Shown here: piece after piece, positions 63,055 to 64,000 of the stretch
How positions within the stretch are numbered: the stretch's first letter is position 1
How the letters are laid out: every line of letters starts with the position of its first letter
Source of the DNA: an uncultured Gemmatimonadales bacterium
Lineage (GTDB): Bacteria; Gemmatimonadota; Gemmatimonadetes; Gemmatimonadales; GWC2-71-9
Assembly: GCA_965652025.1 (NCBI GenBank)
Contig: CBFGTM010000013.1
Coordinates: 5,429-69,428 of the forward strand
Direction of reading: 5' to 3'
DNA: 64,000 bases
Position numbers and translations under genes: made by a program
The notes under the pieces: model-generated
What the model was told of the DNA's origin: nothing
Databases searched by the model: none
What the model saw: the letters and a program-made list of their open reading frames with translations, nothing else

Positions 63055-64000
63055 TCAATCGGGAGTCCGCAACAGAGTTGGCTCGTGCTGCTCGCCGCTC
63101 GAGACTCGCGACTCGCGACTCGTGACCAGCCCACGCAGACTTCGACTCACCGGATAGAGCACCCGTCGAACCAGGCGTTCCGCCATCTGCCGCACCACCT
63201 CTTGTCCGCTCTCGGAAAGCTCCAACTGGGATAGAGCCCGCGCCGACTCCTCCTCCGCCATCTCGAGGCTGAGCCGGTGTAGGTCCGCAAGTTGAGGTGC
63301 GGCCAGCCGGTTCCGCAGGCCTAGCGCTAGTCTCAGCAGCTCGTCCTCCACGATCGCCTCTGCCTCCGCCAATGCTGCCGTGGCCACGCCGGCCGTAGGA
63401 CAGCAGAGCCGCTGCAGGTCGTCGAGGTCGAGTAGCTCGATGCCTTTGATGCTCCGGGATGTTGGCTCGACATTGCGCGGCACGGCGAGGTCCATCACCA
63501 GTAGGGGGCGCCCGCCTCGCGCCCGAGCAGCCTCCTCGAGCAGGCCGGCAGTGATCACCGGACGAGTGGATGCCGTTGCGACCAGCAGCAGATCTGCGGT
63601 TTGCAGCCCTCGATCCAGGTCCTCCCATGACTGGATCTCGGCACCCCAGGCCGTGGCGAGAATCCGTGCTTTCTCAACGTGCCGATTGAGCAGCGTGACT
63701 CGAGAAGCACCCTGATCCCGCAGGGCCCGCAGCACTCCTTCCGCCGCTTCTCCGGCGCCGAGCACGACTACCTCCCTGCCCTGATAGCCTCCCAGTTGCC
63801 GCAGCCCGAGCTCAACCGCGGCTGAACTCACCGAAGCTGGATGGCGGCCGACCAGGGTCTCCCGGCGGACCCGTCTTCCGGCAGAGAGGGCTGTCGAGAA
63901 CATGAGTTCCAAGTCGCGATTGGTCGTGCCCGCCAACCGCGCCTCCTCGTAAGCCCGACGAATCTGACCCAGGATCTCACTTTCACCCAGGATTTGTGAG
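63055..64000 (-). CDS. hemA: glutamyl-tRNA reductase, C-terminal ~315 codons; gene continues past the right edge
   Basis: VVVLGAGEAAEGVLRAL is the NADPH-binding motif. My hand translation upstream of the track's Met gives GESEILGQIRRAYEEA, the conserved GE.QILGQ motif, so the ORF is open to position 64000. Confidence 0.9.
   Translation of the reverse strand, partial: SQILGESEILGQIRRAYEEARLAGTTNRDLELMFSTALSAGRRVRRETLVGRHPASVSSAAVELGLRQLGGYQGREVVVLGAGEAAEGVLRALRDQGASRVTLLNRHVEKARILATAWGAEIQSWEDLDRGLQTADLLLVATASTRPVITAGLLEEAARARGGRPLLVMDLAVPRNVEPTSRSIKGIELLDLDDLQRLCCPTAGVATAALAEAEAIVEDELLRLALGLRNRLAAPQLADLHRLSLEMAEEESARALSQLELSESGQEVVRQMAERLVRRVLYPVSRSLRGLVTSRESRVSSGEQHEPTLLRTPD

Noticed and set aside
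1-64000. Mobile elements, prophage, CRISPR-Cas or recognisable defence systems
   Set aside because: I read all ORF translations of 60 aa or more. None showed a transposase DDE/HUH motif, an integrase R..HxxR..Y pattern, phage structural proteins, Cas proteins, restriction/modification enzymes, or the nuclease/helicase/STAND-NTPase combinations typical of defence islands.

Overview
This is a high-GC bacterial chromosomal segment of about 64 kb. The gene content suggests Gemmatimonadota or Acidobacteriota, but that is only a guess. It is densely coding, with about 60 protein genes and many 4-nt start/stop overlaps. I recognised no rRNA, tRNA, CRISPR array, transposase, integrase or phage gene, and no recognisable defence system. 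In order along the window:

- **1-5.7 kb:** a partial BamA-like outer-membrane protein, a HAD hydrolase, DUF3108, glnA, a zinc-ribbon protein and an MqnA/D-like protein.
- **5.8-13.1 kb:** a four-gene module of an HD-GYP response regulator, a 1176-aa HEAT-repeat membrane protein, a processive GT2 synthase and a REC-DHp protein with no ATPase domain.
- **13.1-16.7 kb:** an AraC-like / REC / MerR-like / LemA / HtpX-like string.
- **17-19.9 kb:** a TPR-like protein, an orphan pseudopilin, YceI and a Fis-type HTH protein.
- **19.95-20.49 kb:** a 540-bp noncoding, hairpin-rich island.
- **20.5-30 kb:** two unknown genes, ogt, cspA, a frameshifted Smr, an SBP+MCP pair, a cupredoxin, lepB and an M14 peptidase.
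- **32.2-37.7 kb:** an RND-TolC-MFP efflux operon flanked by two paralogous small helical proteins.
- **39.4-40.3 kb:** a TorF-like porin behind a promoter-plus-terminator leader.
- **40.3-51.6 kb:** a polyamine uptake and catabolism island.
- **51.9-57.7 kb:** a sugar-modification cluster of CapD-like, FemAB-like, formyltransferase, methyltransferase and NTP_transf_5/degenerate P-loop genes.
- **57.7-64 kb:** DUF885, a NarL-type two-component pair, hemH and a partial hemA.

The most unusual items are the HEAT/GT2 module, the unassigned structured noncoding island, a family of heptamer-periodic inverted-repeat intergenic elements, and the sugar cluster. All family assignments come from reading the translations by eye. 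No database search was run.
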